32,000 nucleotides of DNA, from assembly GCF_000011805.1 (NCBI RefSeq), contig NC_006840.2. The stretch is one strand, 5' to 3'. A model generated the notes under the pieces. That model was not told the origin of the DNA, ran no database searches, and saw nothing but the letters and a program-made list of their open reading frames with translations. Of the stretch, positions 9,403 through 18,759 are shown one piece after another. Source of the stretch: Aliivibrio fischeri ES114. Lineage in GTDB: Bacteria; Pseudomonadota; Gammaproteobacteria; Enterobacterales; Vibrionaceae. How positions within the stretch are numbered: position 1 is the stretch's first letter; every line of letters begins with the position of its first letter. A program made the position numbers and the translations under genes.

Positions 9403-10311
9403 TTACTTATCCCAGTAGGGCTCGTTACCAAAATATTCACTTAAAAAGTCGATTAACATTCGAACTTTTCGAGGTAGGTAGCGGGTCTCTGGGTAAACGG
9501 CATAAGCCTTAATAGAGTTGAAGCGATAATCGGTCATGATTGGTATTAGGGAGCCATTTGCTAGCTCTTCCCAGACAATAAATTTTGGTGTGAATAATAC
9601 GCCATGTCCAGATACCGCCATTGTTTTTAGAAAATCCCCATTATTTGCGATACAAAAGCTTTCCATCGGAACGGTCATTGTTTTGTTATTGTTATCTATT
9701 AACTCAACACCGGACAGTGGTTGTTGGCTATACCTTAATAATTTATGAGATTTTAGATCATTAGGTGTTGTGATATGTCCATGTTCCGTTAGGTAATCTG
9801 GACTTACACATAATACATGATGGATAGGGGCGAGTGGTTTCGCTCGTAAAGTTGAATTACTCAAAGAGCCAATTCGAATCGCCAAATCAACCCCATCTTC
9901 AACCAAATCTATTTTTTTATCCGAAAAATCGATATCTAATTTTAGCTCAGGATGTAACTTTGCAAAATTGTCGAGGGCAGGAACAAGGTGCTTGAGTCCA
10001 AAGGTCAATGGAACCGCTAGCTTTAATACACCATTTAATTTGCTACTAGTCGATGATATATGACAATGTAGATCGTCCACTTCATCCAAAATTAATTTAC
10101 ATTTATTCAAATAAACTTGACCAGCTTCAGTCAAGCTTGATGTTCGGGTTGTTCGATTAAGTAGTTTAACTCCGAGTTGGTGCTCTAACTCACTAAGACG
10201 TTTACTGATGGCTGATTTGGCAAGATTAAGGCGCTCTGCTGCTTTGGTTATACTGCCAGTTTCAACAACAGTAATAAAAATTCGCATGCTTTCTAATTGC
10301 CCCATATCCAT
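9403..10311 (-). CDS. LysR-family transcriptional regulator
   Basis: MRIFITVVETGSITKAAERLNLAKSAISKRLSELEHQLGVKLLNRTTRTSSLTEAG. Confidence 0.92.
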   Translation of the reverse strand: MDMGQLESMRIFITVVETGSITKAAERLNLAKSAISKRLSELEHQLGVKLLNRTTRTSSLTEAGQVYLNKCKLILDEVDDLHCHISSTSSKLNGVLKLAVPLTFGLKHLVPALDNFAKLHPELKLDIDFSDKKIDLVEDGVDLAIRIGSLSNSTLRAKPLAPIHHVLCVSPDYLTEHGHITTPNDLKSHKLLRYSQQPLSGVELIDNNNKTMTVPMESFCIANNGDFLKTMAVSGHGVLFTPKFIVWEELANGSLIPIMTDYRFNSIKAYAVYPETRYLPRKVRMLIDFLSEYFGNEPYWDK

Positions 10312-10457
10312 TCCTTTATTTTTTTATTGTTCTCTAAATGAGAACAGTGTTTCCTCAGTATTGCTGTTTATCAAGATTTCTTCAATGACTATTCTTTATA
10401 CCAAGTGATGAGACATGAAAGACTTATGTCTAATTTAATGTATGAAAAGGAAAAATC

Positions 10458-10850
10458 ATGAATAAATTACAGCAACTGGCAGCACCAACAGGGCGTTTCT
10501 TTTTATCTCTAATATTTGTTACATCGGGTTTAAGTAAAATTACACAATATGAAGGGACGCAAGGTTATATGGAAGCGATGGGCGTACCTGGAGCGTTATT
10601 ACCATTAGTTATTTTAACCGAAGTTGTTGGTGGTTTAGCCGTGATGTTAGGTTGGAAAACGAGATATGCAGCGTTTGCATTGGCAGGTTTTAGTGCATTA
10701 TCTGCGTTACTTTTTCATGCCGATTTTTCCGATCAATCTGAAATGACAAGCTTTATGAAAAATATCGCCTTAGCAGGTGGTTTTTTAGTGATATTTGCAC
10801 AAGGTGCGGGCTCGTATGCGATAGATAATCGTAATAAAAACGAGTCATAG
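10458..10850 (+). CDS. DoxX-family membrane protein
   Basis: FFLSLIFVTSGLSKITQYEGTQGYMEAMGVPGALLPLVILTEVVGGLAVMLGWKTRYAAFALAGFS is typical of DoxX. Confidence 0.9.
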   Translation: MNKLQQLAAPTGRFFLSLIFVTSGLSKITQYEGTQGYMEAMGVPGALLPLVILTEVVGGLAVMLGWKTRYAAFALAGFSALSALLFHADFSDQSEMTSFMKNIALAGGFLVIFAQGAGSYAIDNRNKNES

Positions 10851-10859
10851 GAGGTTTAT

Positions 10860-11726
10860 ATGTCCGAAGTAATGCAAAAAAACAGAACAGTTGTACAAAC
10901 CATTTCTGGAGTCGAAACATCAGATGGTGATGGTGTAAAACTCACTCGTATTATTGGTACACAAAAGCTAGATGTGCTTGATCCTTTTTTATTGCTGGAT
11001 TGTTTTGAAAGTGATGATGCTTCAGATTATATAGGTGGTTTTCCAACGCACCCGCACCGAGGATTTGAAACTGTCAGTTATCTACTAAATGGCAAAATGC
11101 GCCATAAAGACAGTGCTGGGCATGAAGGTGTTGTTGAATCCGGTGGCGTGCAATGGATGACCGCAGGAAAAGGTGTATTGCATTCCGAAATGCCTGAGCA
11201 GGAAGAGGGATTACTGAAAGGATTTCAATTGTGGGTTAATTTACCAAAAGCATCAAAAATGATTGAGCCTGCTTATCAAGAGTATCCACCAGAAACGACA
11301 CCTTTAGAAAAGCGAGAAAATGGTATTGAGATCCGAGTTATCGCAGGTTCAACAAATCTAGGTACAAAAGGACCAGTGAATAATGTTCATGTTTATCCTA
11401 CGTATATGGATATCAATATACCTAGAGGACAAATGTTAGAACAAAGCTTACCGTTTGAGCACAATGCTTTTATCTATGTTATTGAAGGTAATGTGGGTAT
11501 TAAGAGTGATGATAATCAAGTTCAAACTGTTGATATGCGGTCACTCGCAGTATTTGGTAAGGGGCAGAACGTTTCCTTTGTTGCTGATGACTCTTCAGCC
11601 CGATTTTTACTTGTTGCTGGTAAACCATTAAATGAACCGATTGCTCGAGGTGGTCCGTTTGTAATGAATACTCGTGCAGAAGTATTACAAGCATTTGATG
11701 ACTTTAACCAAGGTCGATTCCACTAA
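10860..11726 (+). CDS. Pirin-family protein
   Basis: DPFLLLDCFESDDASDYIGGFPTHPHRGFETVSYLLNGKMRHKDSAGHEGVVESGGVQWMTAGKGVLHSEMPEQEEGLLKGFQLWVNLP. Confidence 0.95.
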   Translation: MSEVMQKNRTVVQTISGVETSDGDGVKLTRIIGTQKLDVLDPFLLLDCFESDDASDYIGGFPTHPHRGFETVSYLLNGKMRHKDSAGHEGVVESGGVQWMTAGKGVLHSEMPEQEEGLLKGFQLWVNLPKASKMIEPAYQEYPPETTPLEKRENGIEIRVIAGSTNLGTKGPVNNVHVYPTYMDINIPRGQMLEQSLPFEHNAFIYVIEGNVGIKSDDNQVQTVDMRSLAVFGKGQNVSFVADDSSARFLLVAGKPLNEPIARGGPFVMNTRAEVLQAFDDFNQGRFH

Positions 11727-11756
11727 GGTTGAAAAGTCATGTTATTTAATATGGTT

Positions 11757-11954
11757 TTATTTTTTTCTTCGTTTTTTAGGTCTTTTCTTATTAAGAACTT
11801 TATTTAATAGTTGTATTTGTTCTTCAGAGAGAGGGTATTTATCCATCATTTGGTTTTGAGTACTTAATAGCATGGTTTTTTCCCAAGGCTTAAACACATC
11901 AAATTCAAGTAGAATAGCGTCATTGATTTTTATGAAAAGCTCATAATCGTTCAT
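11757..11954 (-). CDS. Small hypothetical protein with a strongly basic C-terminus
   Basis: MNDYELFIKINDAILLEFDVFKPWEKTMLLSTQNQMMDKYPLSEEQIQLLNKVLNKKRPKKRRKK; AAGGAG SD immediately upstream of ATG 11954 (ORF track start 11987). Confidence 0.55.
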   Translation of the reverse strand: MNDYELFIKINDAILLEFDVFKPWEKTMLLSTQNQMMDKYPLSEEQIQLLNKVLNKKRPKKRRKK

Positions 11955-12049
11955 AAGGCTCCTTATTGTTGAGAAGAACCATAACATAAGAAATGTATAG
12001 ATGAACGTTTTATAGCAATCTAAATGAATAACGGCGCATTTTGTTGATA

Positions 12050-12083
12050 AAAAAGCCTTCTAGTTTTAGTAACCAGAAGGCTG
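12050..12083 (-). terminator. Terminator for the DUF1254 pair
   Basis: AAAAAAGCCTTCTAG ... CAGAAGGCT; read on the minus strand the stem ends in GGCTTTTTT. Confidence 0.7.
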
Positions 12084-12101
12084 TTATTTAAATATTATTT
12101 T

Positions 12102-13580
12102 TTATTTCACTTCTTCAAAGTTTGGAAGCAAGGTTTTTGGTTCTTCATCAACAAAAGCTTTTTTCGGTGAGTACGCTCTAAAGTAAACAAACCAACCTTC
12201 TTTTTCGTTAGTTTGAACCCAATTTGCCTCAGCAACACCTTTAGGTTTCTTTGGAGAAAAGTGTAAGGTGATTGAGCCGTCTTTATTATAGACCGAACCT
12301 TTGATATTGGAGCCTACATCTGCACGACCTAAATCGTTTTCAATTATTGCTCTATTTTCAACATTATAAACGGTTATCGTCCAGAACAAATCAGCGTACG
12401 TATTTGGGTTTTTGATGGTTAATGTGTAGTGTTTACCACCATCTAAGCCGTGATCTTTTTCTCCAGAATAGTAATTATCTAGATATACTTGTCCCCAACC
12501 ACCATTGTCCATACCGTGCATGGCAATGTCATTGGTTACGGCTTCATAAAACCATGCTGCACGACCATCTAAATCCATGCCATTATTTCGGTCTTGGTTA
12601 GGTGTTGATGCGGTTGCTATTTCCCAAGGATTACCTTTTGGACCATATTCTGCATGATCAAGACGACCGGTTTTATTAAAATCGATATTTTTTGTCATAG
12701 CTTCACCAACGATAGCAGCCTCTTTTAATAAAGATTGCTGTTTTGGGGTTGGTATAAATGGTTTTCCTTTTTCAATGCCTAAAGGGCGTAGCATATCCAT
12801 CATCATACGATCACGTTCTTGTACTGGATTCGCTTGAATAGCTTGATTAACGACTTCCCAGAATTCCATTCCTCGTGGTTGTTTATGGTCAATCCCACGT
12901 TTTACATGATAAATTCCTTTGTTTGTTAATTGGTTACCATTTATATCCGTAATGCCTTTTTGAATGGAATTCATCATAGTTGAGCGTACTTTGGCATCTT
13001 TATTCATTAAACGCACACCAAAAAAGAAGTCATTAGTATCCATTGCAATTAATGTTGCTCCTTTTACTTTTGGTGCGACATCTCCAGCTTTGTAAATGAC
13101 ATATTTCCCAGGCTTAGTCATTTGTTCTTTACCAATTTGCCACATGTTATGAACGGCACCACGTAATTGCGTATCTGGAAGATTAATTACAATTGGTCCA
13201 TTATTTAAGTTCATATAACCAATTAAATAAGGTGTTGAAGTGTTATAAGTTAAGCCTCCTAATTTAGACTCGTAGCCTGCTTGGTAAACGAGTTGGCCAT
13301 TTTCTGTTCCCCAAGTTTGGTAGTGATCGTTTTTCCATTTATAGAAACTTACGATCGGTGTTGCCCAAATATATCCTTGTACTGCACGTTGATAATCCAA
13401 TTCATCAAATAATTTCTGTGATGTTTTGTTAGTTGGTACGCCATGCTCAAAGCCATTTTCAAAGGTGAGTTGGCCACTGCGTGTTTCTAGAGTTTCATAA
13501 CCTCCAGATGGAAGGTAATCATTAGCGAATGTAGTGAAACTTATTGTGCCTAGCATTAAAGCGATGAGTGTTTTTTTCAT
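12102..13580 (-). CDS. Exported DUF1254/DUF1214 domain protein (paralog A)
   Basis: Signal peptide MKKTLIALMLGTISFTTFA; YQRAVQGYIWATPIVSFYKW, YMNLNNGPIVINLPD, ...FFWTITVYNVENRAIIENDLGRADVGSNI, LHFSPKKP. Confidence 0.85.
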   Translation of the reverse strand: MKKTLIALMLGTISFTTFANDYLPSGGYETLETRSGQLTFENGFEHGVPTNKTSQKLFDELDYQRAVQGYIWATPIVSFYKWKNDHYQTWGTENGQLVYQAGYESKLGGLTYNTSTPYLIGYMNLNNGPIVINLPDTQLRGAVHNMWQIGKEQMTKPGKYVIYKAGDVAPKVKGATLIAMDTNDFFFGVRLMNKDAKVRSTMMNSIQKGITDINGNQLTNKGIYHVKRGIDHKQPRGMEFWEVVNQAIQANPVQERDRMMMDMLRPLGIEKGKPFIPTPKQQSLLKEAAIVGEAMTKNIDFNKTGRLDHAEYGPKGNPWEIATASTPNQDRNNGMDLDGRAAWFYEAVTNDIAMHGMDNGGWGQVYLDNYYSGEKDHGLDGGKHYTLTIKNPNTYADLFWTITVYNVENRAIIENDLGRADVGSNIKGSVYNKDGSITLHFSPKKPKGVAEANWVQTNEKEGWFVYFRAYSPKKAFVDEEPKTLLPNFEEVK

Positions 13581-13604
13581 GTGTTTATCCTATTGAACTG
13601 TTGG

Positions 13605-15203
13605 TTATTTCACGCAGTTAATTTTTTCAAATTCCCCAGGGACCCAAGAACCATCAAATAAACTTTGCTGAGGACCATAAAAACGGATCAAGGAGAACCA
13701 GCTGTCATTATCAAATTGCAACCAGTTATTTTTGGCTAATTGCGCATTCTCTGGCGCGGTTGGACCAAAGAATAATGTGACAGAGTCATCACTGTTTTTA
13801 ATTGGATTATCACGATCGCCAAGTGAAGGCCATTGATGATTTTCAACATTAACACCCGCAGCCGTTGCTGCATCATAAGCGGTGACCGACCAGAATAAGC
13901 TAGCTGGTACATCTGCAGGAATGTGTAAAGAGTAATTACAAGAGCCAATTAACGGATTGAGGTCTTTATCTTTATATGCACCAGCGTATTTAGCTCCAGC
14001 TCCTATTTTGGCGTTAATCATTCCTGAAGACATAGAATAATGGTTGGTGTACATATGAGTGATAGCATCGACATTGGTGTAGCCGGTTTTTATATTGTGA
14101 TAATAAGGGTCTGATAGCGCATGATATTGATTCCCTTTGTCAGTTAATGCGTGAGCAACCCACGATGGTGCTTCTTTCCAAAACCATGTATCACCAGTGG
14201 TTTTACTTGATTTCTCATCAAAGTTAAGGGCAATCTCTTTGCTAATTTTCCAACCAGTTTGAGCGGCTTTTGTTAGCATCTCTTTTTGCTTTTCAGTTGG
14301 TGTAAATTCAACGCCTTTGCTTATCCCAATTGCGGCCATGACACCATTCATATATGGATCAAACGTAGCCAACTCCATATTTTGAACGGCTCTGTTTAAT
14401 GTTTCATAGAATCGATAATCGTTATCCCAAATCGATTTAGAAGGAACATCAGAGACATTAAAGAATTCCATTGACTCAGCACTGCCATTTAGTGGATATA
14501 CTTTGATTTCTTTTACTCGATTAACTGCAGGCTCAAGGTTATTCATGTCTTTAAAGAAAGAGCGAAGGAATAAGAATACTTCAGAAGTATTTGATTCATA
14601 AATAAAGTATTTATCTGCTAGCTGTGCGTAATCTTCACGCTTTTTATTTGGCGGTAAAATAAGAAATTTCGCCGCTTTACCTTTGTCAGGACCAGCATTA
14701 CCAATATCACCTAAATATTGTCCACCCGGTTGGTTTTTATCTAATGGACCTCGTAATGGGTGGTGGTACATATCATCCATTAATGATTGTAAACCTGCGG
14801 GATGTTCTATAATTAAAGGACCTGTTTCTTTCATATCTAGCCAGCCCATTGCGTAGATAACATCTGAGTTTGGTGTGGTTATTAATGAATTGGGTTTTAA
14901 ACGATCTTGGTAAATGGCTATTTTATTATAGGCGGTACCATTCATTAGTTCTGCGTGACCTTCTTGCATCGCTTTCATATTTACAATAGGCAGAGCCCAT
15001 TGATATAGCATGGATGCACGTTGAAAATAGCTTTCATTTTGAAGAATTTTTTGACTGGTTTCTGTCGGAAATCCACCGTTCATTTCTAAGTTAGCCAATG
15101 TTGAATATCTATCTGACATAGAAGATACGGCATCAGGTGAACTGCTCGCAGATGCATTACACGTGATAGCGAAAATTGATATAGCAAGTAAGGTTCTTTT
15201 CAT
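13605..15203 (-). CDS. Exported DUF1254/DUF1214 domain protein (paralog B)
   Basis: Signal peptide MKRTLLAISIFAITCNASA; YFQRASMLYQWALPIVNMKAM, TPNSDVIYAMGWLDMKETGPLIIEHPAG, LFWSVTAYDAATAAGV, VTLFFGPTAP. ATG 15203 has a GGAG SD; ORF track start is 15224. Confidence 0.85.
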   Translation of the reverse strand: MKRTLLAISIFAITCNASASSSPDAVSSMSDRYSTLANLEMNGGFPTETSQKILQNESYFQRASMLYQWALPIVNMKAMQEGHAELMNGTAYNKIAIYQDRLKPNSLITTPNSDVIYAMGWLDMKETGPLIIEHPAGLQSLMDDMYHHPLRGPLDKNQPGGQYLGDIGNAGPDKGKAAKFLILPPNKKREDYAQLADKYFIYESNTSEVFLFLRSFFKDMNNLEPAVNRVKEIKVYPLNGSAESMEFFNVSDVPSKSIWDNDYRFYETLNRAVQNMELATFDPYMNGVMAAIGISKGVEFTPTEKQKEMLTKAAQTGWKISKEIALNFDEKSSKTTGDTWFWKEAPSWVAHALTDKGNQYHALSDPYYHNIKTGYTNVDAITHMYTNHYSMSSGMINAKIGAGAKYAGAYKDKDLNPLIGSCNYSLHIPADVPASLFWSVTAYDAATAAGVNVENHQWPSLGDRDNPIKNSDDSVTLFFGPTAPENAQLAKNNWLQFDNDSWFSLIRFYGPQQSLFDGSWVPGEFEKINCVK

Positions 15204-15367
15204 GTGTACTCCAATATAAGGCAAAGGTATTTGCTCAACTGAATTACATTGTTGTTTATTTTTGATAACCTAGATAATGAATTGAAGGGATATGAGATAT
15301 ATCATTTAGTCATTATTGGTGGCGTGATTCGTTTATGGTACTAATTTGGATAAGTAAGTAGGACAAA

Positions 15368-16306
15368 ATGAAGCATAAAATTCATCAGCTGGATCTTAAT
15401 TTACTCAAAGTGTTTACGGTTTTATTAGAAGTTCGTAATACCCGAAAGGCATCTGAACGTTTGTTTTTAAGCCAACCTGGTGTCAGTAGGGCACTTGCTC
15501 GATTAAGAGACTTCTTTGAAGATGAATTGTTTATACGCAGTCATTATGGCTTAACGCCAACCCCTAAGGCATTAGAGATTGGAGATAATATTGCGCCTGC
15601 AATGACTTTACTTTTTTCTGCTTTAGAACCATCAGATAAATTTGATAGTTCACAGTTAGAGGGAAGAATAAATATCGCTATGAATGGTTTTATTGCTCCG
15701 TCCATTGCTTCTAATTTGTGTGGCATTATTCTAGAAAAAGCACCAAATGTTGAAGTGGTATTTTCTAATTGGGACAGAGCAACGCCTGAAAATATTTTGC
15801 ATGATCAAATACAGTTAGGTTTAAATTATTTTCCATTAGAAATTTCAAAACAGCTTTCTCAGTCGGTACTGACCACCGATCGTTTTGTATTGATTGGACG
15901 TAAAGAACACCCTCTAATTACGGGTGAAGAAAGCTTTGAAAATGCAGCTCAATTAGATATTGCGACACTTGTTATCCCAAATTGGAATGAGCATAAAGCT
16001 TATGTGGTTAATTCTTTAAAATCATTAAATAAAGAATGTCGCATGAGGCTGAGAAGCAGCTACCTTGATGTCATCTTAAATTCAATACAACGAACGGATA
16101 TGCTTTTTCCATGCTCAGAATCATTAGCAAATACCTTAGGTAGTGACTTTCAGAAACTACTATTGCCAGATGATGTTATTCAACCGGGTGGAGAAATAGG
16201 GCTTGTTGTAGCGAGTAAAAATCGGAGAACTCCTTTAATTAAATGGTTAAAGGAGTGTACTCAAGAGGCGGCCGCTGAGATTAAAACTTATAATTTAAGC
16301 CAGTAG
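15368..16306 (+). CDS. LysR-family transcriptional regulator
   Basis: LDLNLLKVFTVLLEVRNTRKASERLFLSQPGVSRALARLRDFFEDELFIRSHYGLTPTPKA. Confidence 0.92.
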   Translation: MKHKIHQLDLNLLKVFTVLLEVRNTRKASERLFLSQPGVSRALARLRDFFEDELFIRSHYGLTPTPKALEIGDNIAPAMTLLFSALEPSDKFDSSQLEGRINIAMNGFIAPSIASNLCGIILEKAPNVEVVFSNWDRATPENILHDQIQLGLNYFPLEISKQLSQSVLTTDRFVLIGRKEHPLITGEESFENAAQLDIATLVIPNWNEHKAYVVNSLKSLNKECRMRLRSSYLDVILNSIQRTDMLFPCSESLANTLGSDFQKLLLPDDVIQPGGEIGLVVASKNRRTPLIKWLKECTQEAAAEIKTYNLSQ

Positions 16307-17234
16307 AAATAATGTATTCAGAGTTATCGTAGAAAGTGATATTTGATTGTTCTGTGCCATATCCTGCAAAAGCAACGAGCGACCAATCTTTCCAATCCAT
16401 GATATTTTTGTATTCATAAGCAGCAAACAAACTGAGTTTATTATTCTCACGTGTTTTATTATAAATCGGATTTGTCGATTCATATTGACGTTGAGCATAA
16501 CCGGCAGTTAATACAATTTGATGTCTTTGCATTAATTTAAATACGCTGACTTCTACACCGTATTGGTCGTATGAATTTGCTTTACCCTCGGCAGAAGAGG
16601 ATTGATAAATAATCGATGGCATCACAAGCATTGTTCTGCTTAGTGGTTGTCTATATTGTCCTTTTAAATAAATCGTATTAGCGTCGCGTTTTAACTCATC
16701 GATAACCTTGTCGGTGTCTATTTCTTTTGTTGCAAAGGCACTATCAAGGCTAAAGTTTGAACCTGCAATATTTTTCAATTGAAAACGAAATGCATTGCCT
16801 GATTCATCTGTTTTTGTTCGAGATTGATTGACTAAATATGGGTTTTCCCACGTCTCACTTGACATGATAGTAGGAAGAATAGCGAAATCCATGACCATTC
16901 TGGATTCAAATTGATATCTATAACCTACCTCTAACACAACAATACCTGTTGCCACATCCTGACGGCTTGTACCTGTATATACTTGCTGATTTAGTGCATC
17001 ACCAAAGGTGTAAGTGATGCTTCCTAGTGGGAACGCAAGAAAACTATCTTCAGAGGTTGGTGCTTGAGTGTTAGATGAAATTGTGTCACTTCCTTCAGTA
17101 TTGAAGTTAGATGTCGATGAAGCAAAGCCTGCGGTAATTGCTATTTCACCACTGACACCTTCTTGATCTGCAAGTTGAGCCATTGCTGGAGATGCTGTTA
17201 CACATAACATAAGCGATAACTTACGTAAATTCAT
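16281..17234 (-). CDS. Outer-membrane beta-barrel protein, DUF2860-like
   Basis: Signal peptide MNLRKLSLMLCVTASPAMA, alternating amphipathic strands, terminal aromatic residue (LNYKF); overall resembles Vibrio DUF2860 proteins. Confidence 0.65.
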   Translation of the reverse strand: MNLRKLSLMLCVTASPAMAQLADQEGVSGEIAITAGFASSTSNFNTEGSDTISSNTQAPTSEDSFLAFPLGSITYTFGDALNQQVYTGTSRQDVATGIVVLEVGYRYQFESRMVMDFAILPTIMSSETWENPYLVNQSRTKTDESGNAFRFQLKNIAGSNFSLDSAFATKEIDTDKVIDELKRDANTIYLKGQYRQPLSRTMLVMPSIIYQSSSAEGKANSYDQYGVEVSVFKLMQRHQIVLTAGYAQRQYESTNPIYNKTRENNKLSLFAAYEYKNIMDWKDWSLVAFAGYGTEQSNITFYDNSEYIISTGLNYKF

Positions 17235-17323
17235 GAATAGTCAATCCTAGTGTTATTATTATTTAATTAACTATATTGAAACAGTAACGCAGAAATATAT
17301 CAACAAAGAAGTCGAAGTAAAAA

Positions 17324-18145
17324 TTATAAACTTTGTTTATATTGCTTTGGAGTAGCAGCAACAACACTTTTAAAATTGCGATGGAAGTGGCTTTGGTCTG
17401 TAAAACCAAGATCTGTCGCAATAGATGCAATGTTTTCCCCATTTTTTAATAAGGCCTTAGCTTTATTAATTCGCATTACAATTTGGTAAGCATGAGGTGT
17501 AATTCCGTATTGTTTTCTGAATGAGTGGATAAGGTAGAATTCACTTAATCCAGATACTTCAGCAATCTCAGAAATAGAAATATTCTTATCAAAGTTATCT
17601 GAAATATATTGATATGCACAATCGATCGCCTTTTTAGAAATGACATCAAGAGAAGGGTTGTTTGTATCTTTTAAAATCAATTCAGAAAAAAAGTTGATTG
17701 CTGTTTGTTCTACTTTTATTTTTGATTCATCTTCTATAAGAGTATGAGACAGAGATTGAAAACCTCTATAAATGAAAGGGCAATCAGTATGGGTGATTTG
17801 AAAGGGTCTGAATGTATTGTTGTTATCATTTAATATTTGAGATTGTAACTTTGCAATCCACTCTGGTTCTACGTAGAGCATTTTATAACTCCAATTGGTT
17901 CCTTTCTGTGGATTACAGGAGTGAACTTCTTCAGGGTTAACTATTACCGTAGAACCAGGGGATATCGTTTGTTTTTTATTTTGATTGAAATACTCACTAA
18001 TCCCACTATCCACGACACCAATTGAAAATTCTTGATGTGTATGTTTTTTATAGCAGGCGCTTGAATTACTTGAATAACGTAATTCAAACGGAAGAATTGA
18101 TGATCTTAAAAAGTGAGGATTTGAATTAGCCAACATAACGTCCAT
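17324..18145 (-). CDS. AraC-family transcriptional regulator with cupin-type sensor domain
   Basis: N-terminal YKKHTHQEFSIGVVDSGISEYF...GSTVIVNPEEVHSC; C-terminal HTH ISISEIAEVSGLSEFYLIHSFRKQYGITPHAYQIVMRINKAKALLKNGENIASIATDLGFTDQSHFHRNFK. Confidence 0.95.
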   Translation of the reverse strand: MDVMLANSNPHFLRSSILPFELRYSSNSSACYKKHTHQEFSIGVVDSGISEYFNQNKKQTISPGSTVIVNPEEVHSCNPQKGTNWSYKMLYVEPEWIAKLQSQILNDNNNTFRPFQITHTDCPFIYRGFQSLSHTLIEDESKIKVEQTAINFFSELILKDTNNPSLDVISKKAIDCAYQYISDNFDKNISISEIAEVSGLSEFYLIHSFRKQYGITPHAYQIVMRINKAKALLKNGENIASIATDLGFTDQSHFHRNFKSVVAATPKQYKQSL

Positions 18146-18147
18146 TA

Positions 18148-18753
18148 TTATTTTGATATAAAGAATACATACACTACTGTTAGTGCGAGCAACCCTCCCA
18201 TAATACGATTAAATAACTTATAGTGGATAGGATGTTCGAGATACTTTCCAATGGTAAGGCCTAATAAAGCCCAAGTTGATATACAGCAGTAACATACGAT
18301 AAAAAATATCACACTAAATGCCCCGAGATCTTCGAGTGGAATCACACCGTTGCTAGAAAATACGGTTACCCCTGAAAGTGAAACAATCCAAGCTTTAGGG
18401 TTAAGCCATTGACACAAAAGGCCTTGGAACATAGTAGGAGCGTCGTTTTTCTTTGTTTCATCCTGTTCAGTTTTACTGCTTGTTGCAACCTTATAAGCCA
18501 AATAAAGTAAGAAAGCACTGCCAAGATAATTAAGTACTTGTGTTGCAGTATGTGAACCATCAAAGGCTTGTATCAATCCTAAACCTAAAATAATAAGAAT
18601 AGACACAAACCCAATAGTAGCCCCAAAAATATGTGGAATAGTCCTTACATAACCGTGATTTGCCCCAGTAATAGTTGCTAGAATATTTACAGGCCCAGGG
18701 GAGAGTGAAGTAACCAAGGCGAACATCGCCATAGCAAGAAATAAAGTCATCAT
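18148..18753 (-). CDS. LysE/RhtB-family amino-acid exporter
   Basis: ALVTSLSPGPVNILATITGANHGYVRTIPHIFGATIGF; CQWLNPKAWIVSLSGVTVF. Confidence 0.93.
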   Translation of the reverse strand: MMTLFLAMAMFALVTSLSPGPVNILATITGANHGYVRTIPHIFGATIGFVSILIILGLGLIQAFDGSHTATQVLNYLGSAFLLYLAYKVATSSKTEQDETKKNDAPTMFQGLLCQWLNPKAWIVSLSGVTVFSSNGVIPLEDLGAFSVIFFIVCYCCISTWALLGLTIGKYLEHPIHYKLFNRIMGGLLALTVVYVFFISK

Positions 18754-18759
18754 TTGTCC

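Noticed and set aside
9536-9748. Plus-strand ORF inside the LysR gene at 9403..10311
   Set aside because: Contained in a convincing LysR gene; no SD or domain support.
11674-11859. Plus-strand ORF at the end of the pirin gene
   Set aside because: Overlaps the pirin 3' end and the small minus-strand ORF; composition is aromatic/low-complexity and unsupported.
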